Source: Setoptus koraiensis
Taxonomy: Eukaryota > Animalia > Arthropoda
Reading direction: 5' to 3'
DNA: 64,000 nt
Assembly (NCBI GenBank): GCA_048013815.1
Contig: CM106586.1
Coordinates: 19,282,001-19,346,000 of the forward strand
The translations under genes were made by a program, and so were the position numbers. This document shows positions 51,372 to 64,000 of this stretch, piece by piece; the stretch's first letter is position 1, and each line of letters begins with the position of its first letter. The notes beneath the pieces were generated by a model. That model was not told where the DNA came from, did not search any database, and was given only the letters and a program-made list of their open reading frames with translations.

Positions 51372-53445
51372 AATTTAACAAGAAGAGACAAAATTACGAC
51401 CTGCGTGAGGGGGAGGGCACGACCTTTGGAGCGCACTGTGTCTAGGGGATGGTTTTGCTGCCGGCTGGCTGGCTGAATGTTGCTGGGGTGTGTGCATAAA
51501 ATAATAGTTTATCAAATAGAGAAGAAGAATCTTGTGAGATTGCGCTGCTGCCACCACAACTGGCACCACTGTTGTTGTTGTTGCAGCTATCAGCAGCGTT
51601 GCAGCGATATCGGCGAGCTAGTTCATTAGGCGCATTCGCTGACATCGATCAATCACCGCGAGTGACGTATCCAAACGTACGAGATGCGCACCATCCTTTC
51701 AATCACTGGCTGCCTGTCGTAATGTGTGTGTGTGTGGGGCTCATAGTCTGTGAGCATCATTAGCGTTCATGAATAGATTAATGAATTCCTATTTGCTAAT
51801 CGTTACCGTTTAAGCTGGCTGGCGCCGATGGCACACGACGCTGATGGCGAGCCGGGCCCACTGTTGGCCAGAGCGATCATGCCGATGATGGCGATTTGCG
51901 GACAAAACTGAACGGATCCTGCGTTAGGTTCGTTGACCATGAAATTGATCTCGTTACAATGGTCGCCGGCAGGTACGCGCCGTGTTTGCCGAGGAGCAGT
52001 GGCCGAGGCAACGCGGAGTCTTTTGGCTCTTTTAAGGTATCGCAGTCGGTCGGCCGTTTGTGCGGCGCCGGCATGCCCGTCGGATGCTCCGCTGACAACG
52101 CGAACGGGCTTAGCGAACGGATTCGTTGACAATTGTCGCCTGGAGCTGCGAGCGGCAATTAGCAGCGTTGGTCGCGTTGTCACGAACGAACGACGAAGAC
52201 GACGACGACGAACAAGCGAAGCAGCTTCCGTAAATTGGCGCACCTTGCCGGCGGTTCATCAACTTGACTCACTCGCTAGCTACACATACCCGGTTGCGGC
52301 GAGCGCCGAACAGCTGAGTGAAAGCTGGCTGCCTCTCCAGGCAGATTAGGGCGATTACGGCGCACACGGCCAACAGATGAATGAACGACCGACGACTGGA
52401 GACTCAGCCACAACTTGCAAGCTGCAACAGGTAGTGCAGCGGCTCGATGGGCAACGGGACACGGCCGCTCACCCAGTAACATTGAACTATAAGAAGCGGC
52501 ACGAAAGTCGGCGAGCTCGATGCGCCCACTGATCGATTTATCGCGTTCGCACTCGCATATAAGCGTACTTTACACAGTACATATACGTAAGCATACATGC
52601 ACACATATGCGCATACAGGCGCGCATATGCGAGCATGCGGGCGAACGGGCCGCTTGACGGGCAGCGCTTGACAGGCCGCGGGCAACAGCCGCCGCTTCCT
52701 GGCTGCGCCGGTGTCACTGTCGACGCTGGCCGCGCAATTGAGTTACACGGAGCGACGATTTGCGTCCACCTGTGAGACGACTCGTCGCGGTCATCGCAGG
52801 CCCGGCCGCCGATTGTCGCGAGCCCCGGCGAGACTGTGCGAGTGTCTGGCCAGCGCATCGGCAAGACGCTCCGAGCGGCGAGCGCAGCGACGGCAACAAG
52901 TGGCCGGCGCGGCGCATGCATGAGCAACCGGCGGCGGCGGCAGCGGCGGCAGCAACAAGGCGAAACAGCTGTCTGGTCATCCGGTCAGCGACTCCCGACT
53001 CGGCGGCCGGAGTCGCGAGCGCCGCGTTCAGTCAGAGTTCACCGGTCGGCCGGCCGGTGGCCAGCTTTCGTTGGCCAGCGACGCTGACCAGCGAGTGTGA
53101 TCGCCAGAGAGAATTGATTTATCAATTGTGTGTGTGTGTGTGTGTGTGGCACATTGTTACTATTGTTCGCGCGCACATTGATCGGGCACAATGGCTGCAC
53201 CTGTTGCCGTTGGCGTCGGCGAGTCGGTGCGGCCGGCGCGGTGGCGGGCGGCCGTGCGGTTGCGCCAAGAGGAGCCACTGAAGCCTAAAGGATTGCTAAT
53301 TTGCAGTGTAAGTGAAGCGTCGCGCCGCTCAAGGTCGGGATGCTGCTGGCTGTTGTGTCGCCCGGCGAGTGCGCGATGCGGCCGCGATCGAGCGCAGCCC
53401 GCTCGCCAGTTGGCACATCGGCCACCGTGGCCCGAAACAATGCGT

Positions 53446-53501
53446 CGCCGGCCAGACAGCGAGCGCCGGCCAGACAGCGAGCGCCGGCCGGACAGCGAGC
53501 G
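53446..53501 (+). repeat. 18-bp GC-rich tandem repeat x3 (cgccggccagacagcgag)
   Basis: Read directly. Confidence 0.9.
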
Positions 53502-53879
53502 AGCGCTGGCCGGCGGCCAACTCTCGCTCGCCGGCCGCGCGGCCGGCGATAACACGGCAATCATGCGGCGAGCGAGCCGTCTGTGTCCGGCGCCCGGTCG
53601 CGCGTATTATGCGGATCGGACGGGCGGCCGGCGGCGGCGGCCAGCGCCAAGCGACGCCGTGAATCTAATTGCGCACCATTATCGCGGCTCGTCATTAGCT
53701 GTTGGCCGGCTGCTCGGCCGCTCGACTGGTCGGCGGTGGCACTGTGCACCGCATAATGCGCATAATTGCGCGCCCGTGCGAAATTGGCCAGCGCCAATGC
53801 ACACTCGCAATAATGACCACTGTCCGGCGCGATAGTGTCCGGCCGCGATAATGCCTGGCCACGGCGACCGTGAAATGGC

Positions 53880-53881
<2 letters not shown>

Positions 53882-53927
<46 letters not shown>
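53882..53927 (+). repeat. (GT)23 microsatellite
   Basis: Read directly. Confidence 0.95.
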
Positions 53928-53928
<1 letters not shown>

Positions 53929-54327
53929 ATTTGCATCATGGCGCGTCGCGCTGGCGGCACTGTGGCGGCCGCGACGGCAGCGCCACGGCCAGCGGCCGGA
54001 CGGGACGGGCGAGCCTGCATTGCGTGCCCTGCGCTGATGCCCGCATAGGCAGCGCTGCTGGCGCGATGCTGCATACGCAATCAGCAAGCTACATTGCGTA
54101 TCGCAATCTGGCCATAGTGCCACTACCGTGGTCATAGTAGTAGTACTACGACAGTGGCCGAGCTGGCGGCGGCTTGCAGTGCGGTCGAGGCGAGCGTATG
54201 ACACCGAGTGTGAGTAGATTCATCATAATCTTGATAGGCGTCATTATCGTTATTGGCCATTAGATAACAAGAGAATCTGTTGAAGGGATCGAGTCGAGCG
54301 AGCAAAAGGTTCGACCTGTTGGCTGCC

Positions 54328-54353
54328 AGAGAGAGAGAGAGAGAGAGAGAGAG
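54328..54353 (+). repeat. (AG)13 microsatellite / GAGA tract
   Basis: Read directly. Confidence 0.9.
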
Positions 54354-55520
54354 CGGCGCGTTGCAGCGCACAAATGCGTGAGCCGCTCACGGCGAGCATC
54401 AGCGACAGGGCGAGAATCATAGAGAAAGGATGAAAAGTTATGCATTGCGCCTAGGCGTAATGTGCGTGAGTGTTATGCGATACCATCGCAACGATAGTGT
54501 GCGATTGCGCCGCGGAGAGAGTAGTAGACAGCGAATACTATTCGCTGTCTAAGCGCCGAATAGTGAGTGGCGATGCGAGTGATCGATCCGCATCGACGGC
54601 GAGCCCGACCGTGTGTGAGCACTTACCTGTCGCAAGCACGCCGAGAGCGTGCGCTGACAAGAGCGAGCGTTTAGCGATGGATGGCTCGCCGAAGGGATTG
54701 CCGCCGACTCGCTGACACTGACACTGACGCTGCCAAGGCTGCCCTAACGCTGCGCCAGTGACGCAACCTGTGCGCTGGGCATCATCACTTGCAGCGCCAA
54801 TCACACTTGATTTATATTCCATTTTTGATTGCTTCCTCCGTCTGGCGGCCGCCGGCCGATGCCTGATTAATATCTAATAACGAGTCGCTCCATCGCCGAC
54901 TCGCTAACTGCGACGCGGCTCACGATGCGGCTCACGACGGTCGCATGCGGCTGATGGCCGGTGTTTGTTGAACTCACGCTGTCACCAATTGGCCGCATCT
55001 CGCCGATTGGCCGCATCTCGCTGGTTGGCCCACGGCTACTCGCTGCGTCCAACCGATGCGCCGACGCATGCCGACATGTGGTCGCCTAATGTCGTTGTCA
55101 TGGGGGGCAAATATGCAAACGGCCGAAATTGAGCGCGACAGATAGCGACAGGTGAACGTGATCGAGCGACAGCCCAGCGCATACACTCAGGCCACATCGA
55201 CTCGATGTCATTGAGAATGGTCAATTTTGTTATCGCACATTTGGTTTTCGTGCGCTTGCAACAGCACACTCTGCTGAGCTTGTGAGAGTCGACGCCAGAG
55301 GCCAATGGCCAGTGCTCGCCAGCGGCCGCCGCGCCACTAGTGACACCGAGGCTCTTTGTGCTCACAACCTTGTCAGCTCTGTCCCGTCGCCGTCGTTACG
55401 ATAATGAGTGCGACGCTCATGCGCATGCCTAAATCAATTTCCATGTTTTAATCGAGTCCCGGCGACGGCCAATTACTCAATTGGCCGGCCTGCGTCTTGC
55501 TGTGACGACCCTGACTCCTG

Positions 55521-55636
55521 TTTGTGACACAACAAGCGTTTGTGTGACACGACAAGCGTTTGTGTGACACAACGAGCGTTTGTGTGACACGACAAGCGTT
55601 TGTGTGACACAACGAGCGGCCGTGTGACGCAACAAG
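55521..55636 (+). repeat. 20-bp minisatellite x about 5.8 (tgtgtgacacracragcgtt)
   Basis: Read directly; purine variants alternate between copies. Confidence 0.93.
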
Positions 55637-57546
55637 TGGCTGCCCCATAATTGATGCGAGCTCGTGGCGGCCACTTCGGTGCCAATTATCTTTCGCGGCA
55701 GTAAACGTGGCAGCTCTCCCCACAAACGCACACTGGGCACATGTACGCATATATGCGTGTGTCCCCTCGAACCCTTTGCAGCGGCCAGCTCGCCACGACA
55801 GCTTGTCGCCGGCATGCAAGGTGGTCAGTGTGTGTCGTCGGGCAGTGTGCGACCGGCCGGTTTATGGCCTGTGTTCGTACTGACAAGTTGTCAGTGAGTA
55901 GCAGCAGCAGCTCAATGAGTGATCGTTAATTGAGTTCACGACCATAGTATAGTGACTATACACATAGTATTATGGTGAGCGCCTCGACGCAGCCACACAC
56001 ATTGTGACCATACAAATATGTGTAATAGTCCGTCGCTCGGTTTTGTCCATTGTTTCACAGTGGCCGCCATCACCGGCAGCCGGCCGCCACCACTCCAGAC
56101 AGACAGAGAGGAAGCAACAAAATTATTGCCCATTACCATCATGTTGTCCCTTGTTTGCCTTTGTCCGCCGGCCGGCCGGCTCACATGGCCAGCCGAGTGG
56201 CCAACGCAAACTGTCAAACGTCGCGCAGCGTCTCCGAACAAGACAAACGAAGATGATTGGCTCGCCAGTGCGAGGTCGCTCATCTGCCGCTTCTCTGTGT
56301 GTGTGTGTGTGTGTGTGTGCACTGCAACCAAATGTGACACACAAACAAATAGAAAAAACAAAACAAACAACTAGTTGTCAGCAAACAAAGACAAAGCTCA
56401 GGTGAACTTTGCATATGCCGCTTTGGGTAATTGGTTAGGAACGAGCCGTTGTGCGTGTGTGTGCACTTGTCGCTAAACGAAGACAGCTAAACGAAGAGAG
56501 CGACTGTCGCTTCAAACGTCATCCTTCATGTGTGTGTATCTTTAATGAGACAATCTTCATGCAAATCGAGGATGTAGACGCAACGCACAGTTAGCGCTAA
56601 TTTGGGCGCTCCAAGATTTAATCAGGCAGCTAGCTAATCATTATTTTATTAGCCAAACAACAGCCAGCTAATGGCTATTGCAACAATCGCGAACAGACTC
56701 CTCTTCTTCTTGTTATCGGTCAGACATGCATCGCCTAGCGGCTTGGCTTGCTGCTTGCTGAGCCGGCTGCTAACCGGTGAGCAGCTAAACGAGCAAGTTG
56801 ACAATAAAAACAATAATAATGGCAGCCATCTAATCAAGTTGCAATCGTCGTTGTTATTTGCCGCTTACTTGTGCGGATGCATTACGAGACAGCCGGCCCT
56901 GCGGTAACTGAACAACGTTAGCCCGACACACACACACACTCGCTCGCCAAGATCGCACTTGAAGATCGGGTAACCCTGACACAGCGATCCCGTGAACAAT
57001 AAAAGCCTTGCCGATTATGCTCTCTTCCGCCTCATCTTTATTTGATTGATCTATTGACATGTTTGTGCGCGTCGTCAGGCGTCTCGAGATTCCTAAGCGC
57101 ACGTAATGGCCGAGATGCGTGCTAGCGCAAAATAAAGTCAACTTTACTGTTGTTGCCGTGCCTGTTGCTGCGGCTGCTGCAATACCGGCAATCACGACAA
57201 CCTGTTGCACTGGATACTGTCATTAGAGTCAGTAGTGCGAGTGAGAGCCAATATGAGAGGCGCTCAGCCAACACAAACCGCAACTGGGCGCCTCCGCGCA
57301 ACATTTTGTCTCTGATGACGGGTCTCTAATGGGTAGGCGAGATTGCGTCACGTGTAGCGGGAACGCGCTACTCGCAAGATGTGTGTGCTCGATGAAATAG
57401 CGTCGAGTCATCATTTGGATGACAAGAGGCGAGATGCAAATTGAGATATGAATATGCAAGCGATACATGCCATGCAGTGACTGTTTCGTCGCCACTGAGC
57501 CGCTTCGATTTGATTGGATTCGAATCGCATCGCGCCGTAGCGAGCA

Positions 57547-57656
57547 TTATACCTTCGCTCATCGTTCGATTATACGTTCGCTCATCGTTCGTTCGATTAT
57601 ACGTTCGCTCATCGTTCGTTCGATAATACGTTCGCTCATCGTTCGCTCGATTATAC
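57547..57656 (+). repeat. 23-27-bp minisatellite x4 (ttcgctcatcgttcgttcgattatacg)
   Basis: Read directly. Confidence 0.92.
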
Positions 57657-59143
57657 AAGACTTATTGTGCAAGGCACACAGCAACAAGTTGCCAGTAGTC
57701 GCCGCCCCCAGTGGCGAAGTTGCAATATTGCTCGCCAGGGGAAAGGTTCCATCTCTGGCAGAGATTCTCTGGTGTGGAGGGCAGCGAGCGGCGCGGGCAT
57801 GCGCACAAGCGGCCGTCTTGTGGGCTTGTGCACTTGAACTTGACAATAGCGCACAACACACACACGCACACTCAAACGCCGGGTCGGGGGGTTAGCAGCC
57901 GGCTGCAACTGTTCGAACTTTTTGGGCAAGTTGCGCTCAACAGCGAGAGCATTTTTCGTCCCTTCAGAGAGAGAGACGAAAAAATTCCATTTTCAACCAC
58001 GGCTCTCCAAGCCACAGAATCTGCGGGTGTGTGCGTGCGTCAAGATGCCTGTGCGCTGGGTGTGAGGGGAAGCGATCGGTTGGTTACTGTGCGCTGGCGA
58101 TGCCGCCATTTTCAATCAGTTAGTTCTCTAGCAGGAAAGTCTGCTGCCGATGGTTAGTTGTGCACAGCGTCGAACCTTTGCCACCAGTTGTTGCACACAC
58201 ACACACACGCACCAACAGTCTCAGTAGACTGCACTGCAGTGAGTGTATTTAGAGTTGCAAATAGAGTGGAGCTTGTCGGCTGTGGTTGGGCGACATGCGC
58301 AGAAGGGCCGCGCAACACGTAGCGCAAGACGCTGGTTTGGCGCACTCAACTTGTGTAGCGCACACACAGAATGGTCGAGCGAAAAGTTCTATTTTTAATC
58401 AGATCCCGGGAGAGCAATTTTACACATTATCATGTTGATGTCTATGCTGGTAGCACAAGCACACTGTTACCAACGACGCCAATCGAACGCCAAGTGAATC
58501 GAATTAGCTGAAGCGAATTGGGCGCATCTCCCCTGCAAGCGGCTCATTGCATTTCATCGAGTTCGTCATCGCAGTCACATTAGAATGAGTTAGTTATGAT
58601 TATTGATTAGCATAAATACGTAAAATGCCATCTTAATATAATTTAAATAGTTTAAATAATTTTATTGGGCCTGCCACTTACTCATTTCACACGCACACAC
58701 ACACGCACACACCAGTGAAACATAGACGCACTGCTAGTAGTCGAGGCGCGCAGTGTCGGAATAATTAAACAACAACATTATTATTAGCGCGCGTATTAGT
58801 ATCACATCGCAAGTCAATTAGTGAGATTAGCCAGTCAACCAAACGAAGCCAAACGAAGCCAAAAGAAGCCGAAAGAAGCCAACAGAAGAGGCGAACAATC
58901 AACGATTCGTTTTGCATATAATAAAACTGCAACAATTATAGCACCGTCAGCAACCACAAGCACGTATACATTTATGCAGCGCCAATCTAATCATCACTCA
59001 CATCATCAACTAGCTGCTAATGTAACAGTCCAGTGCTGATATCGTCTACAGCTCACATCTATTTATATCACCGTCAGTGGACCACAGTAGTGCGGTAAAC
59101 AAGTCAATAATAATTAGCCGACGGCAGCACAACTAGAGCAAAC

Positions 59144-62100
59144 ATGTACACATTACATGTGTCGCACGCACAAACGAGAACATTATGCCTAGCGCTGCTA
59201 GCAGCAACCTTCCTTGTACCAATATTACTCGAAGCGGCCCCCTTCAGCAGCAAGTCAGCGAGGGACAGAGGTAAGTAGAGTCGATCGACTGTCGCGACAT
59301 TGGCGACATTCGTGGGCTTGGCGAGACTGGCGAGATTGGCGAGATTGATTGGACAAAGAATTGCGCAATCGGCTCTGAATTATGAGTTATGAATGCTAGA
59401 CAACGGCCCAAACTTGACGAGATGAACGCGAGTTGCGGGTTGCAAACATAAATTGTGTTACGCAACTGCAATCGTGATAGTGTGATGCAACAACCAGTTT
59501 AGTGATACATGTAACAAAGAGTACTGTACTGTGATGACTGCATCTAATGCCGCAATCTCTGTCAATGCCATCCATATTATGTAATCCATATTATATAATC
59601 CATATTATATAATCCATATCATATAATTCATACAAATATAATCGCAATCCATTTACTTGTTCACGTTACCCAGGCTGCTATTATATGCTCAAGCACCATC
59701 AAAATGGACAACAGATTGAGACAAACGAACCGTGCCTCAATTGTACATGCCAAGACTCCATGTTAATGTGTTACCTCAGAGTGTGTCCTTATGTTAGACC
59801 CCTCGGCGACAGATGTATTATAGAGAGAATACCCGGCGAGTGTTGTCCCAGAATAACCTGTCCAGATGTCGCTCCCCAGGCTGATCCTGAGCCTGATCCC
59901 GAGCCAACACCAACAACAACTACCACAACCACTACAACAACTACTACCACTACTCAGCCGCCAACTACAATTCCAGACGTGTTCGATGGAAACGGCGGAT
60001 GCTTCCTGAATGGAAAATACTTCAGAGAGGGCGCACAATTACCACATGATAACGACAAACCTTGCGAGATGTGTTATTGTATCAGAAACTCTTCCGCCTG
60101 TGTTATGCAAGATTGTGCTTTAGATGTTGGCGGTTGCCAGCCTATATATCAAGCGGGCAATTGTTGTCCAACTCGATACAATTGCTCGGCCGTTAATGCG
60201 TTCACTACAACACGTAAACCAATACTCGACAACGATACCGATCAACTAAGTGCTGCTAATGCTTTCTTGAGAGACTTAGCTAGAAAAACGGGCCAAAATG
60301 ATGTAAACACACCCAATAATACTTATACTAAAACAACATCAGTTAAAACGCCCGCACCTGGTTGTAGAATAGCCAATTCTTTCAAGAAATTCACAGACGG
60401 TGAAAGAGTTCCTTCCAAGAATCCATGCGAGCATTGTTATTGCATGAGAAACGAAATTGTTTGCGCTGTACAAGAGTGCAGACCACCATGTGATGGATGT
60501 ACACCTATCATCGACTCTAAAGATCAATGTTGTCCAAGTAGATACGAATGTGTTGCACCCACGCAGCGCGTACCTACGGACAACATAATATTCAATTTCA
60601 CCGAACCCGTAACCCCTAACGAGGTCGAGGTCACGAAATCTGATATCACTCCAGATGATCGCAAAGAGTTAACTTCATCGACTGAGCCACCAGCCATAAG
60701 CGAATCAACAAGTTCTTCAGAGCAGCCATTCTATAGTACCACTCAGGCGTCATCTTCAGCTTACAGCTCCATGGATGATACGACGCGAACATCGCAAGGC
60801 CCCCAGCAGGACATATCTATGATGACAACTCGTCAGACTAGTTCCCCTATGAAACCAATATCTCCTAAATTATCGAACGATGACGATTCGCAAACTGATC
60901 CAGAATTGAACAATAGTAGTAGCAGTAACGAGCGAGAACAAGAACATGAAGTGCCAAAATCAAACAGTAGATTCGAAATCAGCGAAGGACCAAGTGAAAA
61001 TTCGCCAGGAATTTCCAACGATAGCCAAATAATTATCACTACCACCAGCGAGCCACTAACAACCTCTACCTCAACAACAACAACAACAACAACCACAACT
61101 GCAAGACCCTCGAGAAGAACACAACGTCCACCTATATTGCCACCAGCAATACCTGGCGAAGGAAGTTGTAGATATTCTGGGAAGTTGTATCCTAATGGAG
61201 GTGAAGTCAAATCTAAGGATAAATGCATGGAATTCTGTATGTGCATTCACAGTGTTGTTTATTGTGACGAAGTCAATTGTCCCCGTGGACCAGCAAATCA
61301 AGAAAACTGCAAGATTGTGAAAAATGAAGGGGAGTGTTGCGCTCAATATGTTTGCGATACAGAGGCCCCGACCTCTATAGATCCAACCCTAACATCAACA
61401 CCCGTACCCTCAGAGGTCACAACTTCAAGATCCAGTTCAGCAACAATTTCTGAAGGACTCCCGTCAAGTTCAGTGCCCTTTGTGGACCAAACTCTAATGT
61501 CTAGCCCTTCAGGATCAACATCCCGGGTTGAGTCACAAACCGAGTCATCAGTAACTCCTACAACTAGCTATGATAAATCAACTCAATCGCCCACAAATGA
61601 ATTGACAAGTATACCAGTTACCTCTGAGGCCTCACAAACAGACAAATCAGCGATCGTGCCTGACCAGAGCTCGAGTCCAGCTACCCCGCCCGAAGAAAAT
61701 TCACCCAGTTCGACTTATCCTGTGGATGCAACCCCTCAAGCTGGATCGATGGATTCAACGAGTCAACAGCCGGAGATGAAAACCGAAGTTTCATCCGCAT
61801 TCACGACAGCATCTCCTGATAGCGGCTCCACGATGGCTTCATCTGGAAAATCTGAAGAACCAGTTAAAAACACGGTCCCAAACGAACAATTCGTGCCAAA
61901 ATCATCGGAAACTACGACCATCTCATTGGATATAAGTTCCACTCTGAAACCAGTGAATGAGGCTTCAGCGTCAACAGTGACCGTCGATGCTGGATCAACA
62001 GATGCTTCTAAAAGTGCAGATGTCTCGTCTGAACAGTCAACAGTTCCTACAACCACTCTAGGCACTTTAGTCTTTACTGACGAATCCAAAGATCCGATTG

Positions 62101-64000
62101 TCAAGACAATGCAAACTGAGACACCAATGCCTGCCGTGACAACAGTAGGGTCTGATTCTAGCTCCAACTCAAGTCCAGCTTCAACGTCATTCGAAAGTAG
62201 CACAACCCCGAGAGCTGATCTTGAAACTACAAATTCTGCTGCAAGTACTGAACAGTCAGCAGTACCGACCACAACACTAGGTACTATAGTTGTTACTGAT
62301 GAGTCGAAAGAGGTAGAAAAATCAGAGGCATCAATGACAACAGTACCAACAATCAGACTCGATGAATCAACTACAGTTGGGTCTGATTCGAGCTCGAGCA
62401 GGGCTACCTCATTGGATCCGAACTCACTCACATCGACTCCTTCAGTTGATTTAGCATCTCAAACTAGTATGGCAGAAACAGCCACGAGTCAGCAAAGTTC
62501 AAGTCCCATCACATTTTCCGAGATGAGTTCATCTACTTCGAATCCTCAAGTCGACGTGGCTCCTCAAACCAGTCTACCAGAGTCGACGACGAACCAACCA
62601 TCACAACCAGAAACCTCCCCCACACCTGCAACCGCATCCTCGATGACCGCTGAGATCGGATCAACGACGGCATCATCTGAAAAATCGGCAGCACCAGCAG
62701 ATGGAGGTGCCGCAACTGAACAGCCTGCCTCAAAACCAGCTGAAACAACCACTCTTGCATCCACTTTTGATACTAGCTCGACTACAGTGTCCAGTGTAGT
62801 TCCATCGACTTTGTTACCCATAACGGAGGTAACTTCGCAGTCGAGCTCCATCGATTCGACTACAAGCCAACCTTCATCCACATCTACTGTAGAATCGTCG
62901 TCGACAACACCCTACACTCAGTCTACTAGATTATCTAGTGATATAATGGGACAAGGTGAATCGACAACACCAGAACAATCAGGATCGAGACCGTTTGAAA
63001 CTACAACCATCGTAATGAGTGTGAGCTCTACTCTAAAGCCTGTGGATGAGGCCCCAGCGTCAACAGCCACCGTCAATGTTGGATCAACAGATGCATCTAC
63101 ACCTACAGCTGCCAATACTGAGCAGCCAGCAGTACCTACAACGACATTAGGCACTATAGTCTTTACTGACCAATCCAAAGATCCGATTGTCAAGTCAATG
63201 CAAACTGAGACGCCAATGCCTGCCATGACAACAATAGGATCTGATTCTAGCTCCAACTCAAGTCCGGCGTCTACGTCAATTGTAACTAACGCTACTCCAA
63301 AGGTTGATGATGAAATCACTGCTCAAAATGTTCCGACAGATTTGGGCTCAAGTCAATTAGCCCAACCAGGAATGCGAGCAGAAGTTTCACCTACGACTGA
63401 AAATGGACCTACGATAGCTCCATCTGAGGGCCCAATCGATAGTGCTACAACCGGTGAACAGCCTTCCCCTCGACCTATGGAAACTACGACGATGTTTATA
63501 AATAGAGGCTCTACTGAACCGTCTTCAGCTGAAGGTACCACCTCTGCGACAACCGTCGATGCTGGATCGAGCACGAAGGATGCAATCACCACTTCTGAGC
63601 AGCCAGAGGCACCGACCACCTCGCAAGGAACCCTAGTGTTCAGCGACAAACCTGTGAATTCGGATGTCGAGTCTAAGCAAACAGAGACACCATCACAAAC
63701 GAATAGGCCTGTAGAATCAACTACCGTTGCATCTGACTCAAACTCAGCGGTTTCGTCTGATGCAAGCTCATCCACTCCGGCCCAACCCGTTGATGTAAGC
63801 ACTCAGACTGGGTCGGAGTTTCCGTCAACAAGCCAATCGATACCGCCGGAGATGCGAACTGAGTTAACATCCACGTCTACGGTAGCTTCCTCTGGAAAAT
63901 ATGAAGAACCAGTCGAAAACACGTTCTCAACAGAACAATCAGGATCGAGACCGTTTGAAACTACAACCATCGTAATGGGTGTGAGCTCTACTCTAAAGCC
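59144..64000 (+). CDS. tnc: Tenectin-like secreted VWC/mucin protein; join(59144..59270,59674..>64000), 3'-partial
   Basis: Exon 1 is MYTLHVSHAQTRTLCLALLAATFLVPILLEAAP... with a GTAAGT donor (phase 1) and CAG acceptor at 59673. It continues GCYYMLKHHQNGQQIETNEPCLNCTCQDSMLMCYLRVCP (tenectin-type first VWC). Four VWC domains (about 59676-59861, 60000-60185, 60363-60551, 61167-61355) are followed by an open S/T/P/E-rich frame to the window end. Confidence 0.88.
59570..59630 (+). repeat. 14-bp tandem repeat (aatccatattatat) in the tenectin intron, carrying three TAATCC
   Basis: TAATCC at 59582, 59596 and 59610. Confidence 0.85.
61880..64000 (+). repeat. Long coding repeats in the tenectin PTS domain (about 480-bp subunits, 960-bp higher-order unit)
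   Basis: ETTT-anchored blocks at 61908, 62997, 63480 and 63957. The sequence at about 62970-63040 recurs almost identically at about 63930-64000. Confidence 0.85.

Noticed and set aside
55521-57656. CRISPR-like appearance of the 20-bp and 27-bp arrays
   Set aside because: Units are directly adjacent with no unique spacers, there are no cas genes, and the context is eukaryotic.
51800-58400. Overlapping ORFs up to 214 aa
   Set aside because: Same GC and microsatellite artefact; all six frames are similarly open.
59763-63802. Minus-strand ORFs of 60-222 aa (V/S/G-rich)
   Set aside because: Antisense shadows of the S/T/P-rich tenectin frame.

Overview
Eukaryotic, arthropod-like genomic DNA. 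The intron-poor housekeeping genes, extreme H/Q/N homopolymer proteins and (GT)n-rich non-coding DNA suggest a compact mite genome such as an eriophyoid; this is inference only. 0-12 kb is a compact AT-rich block of single-exon CDSs: glucosidase II alpha (GANAB, -), fizzy-related/Cdh1 (+) and two tandem secreted MINPP1-like histidine phosphatases with altered catalytic motifs. A very large Pitx homeobox gene (19.4-23.2 kb, homeodomain split by a phase-0 intron, no visible OAR domain) sits among long GC/CpG-rich non-coding domains (about 12.2-17.4, 24-35 and 51-59 kb) full of microsatellites and short tandem duplications. The 24.7-34.7 kb domain holds a dense cluster of PAR-bZIP/vrille D-box sites, several of which form the arms of fold-back inverted repeats. 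An unexplained structured island at 35.24-36.8 kb is probably a decayed retroelement. A LAMP-like gene without a lysosomal tail lies at 44-45.7 kb. A tenectin-like gene (signal peptide, 4 VWC domains, PTS repeats) starts at 59144, runs off the window and is missing from the supplied ORF track. No CRISPR array, tRNA or intact rRNA was recognised.
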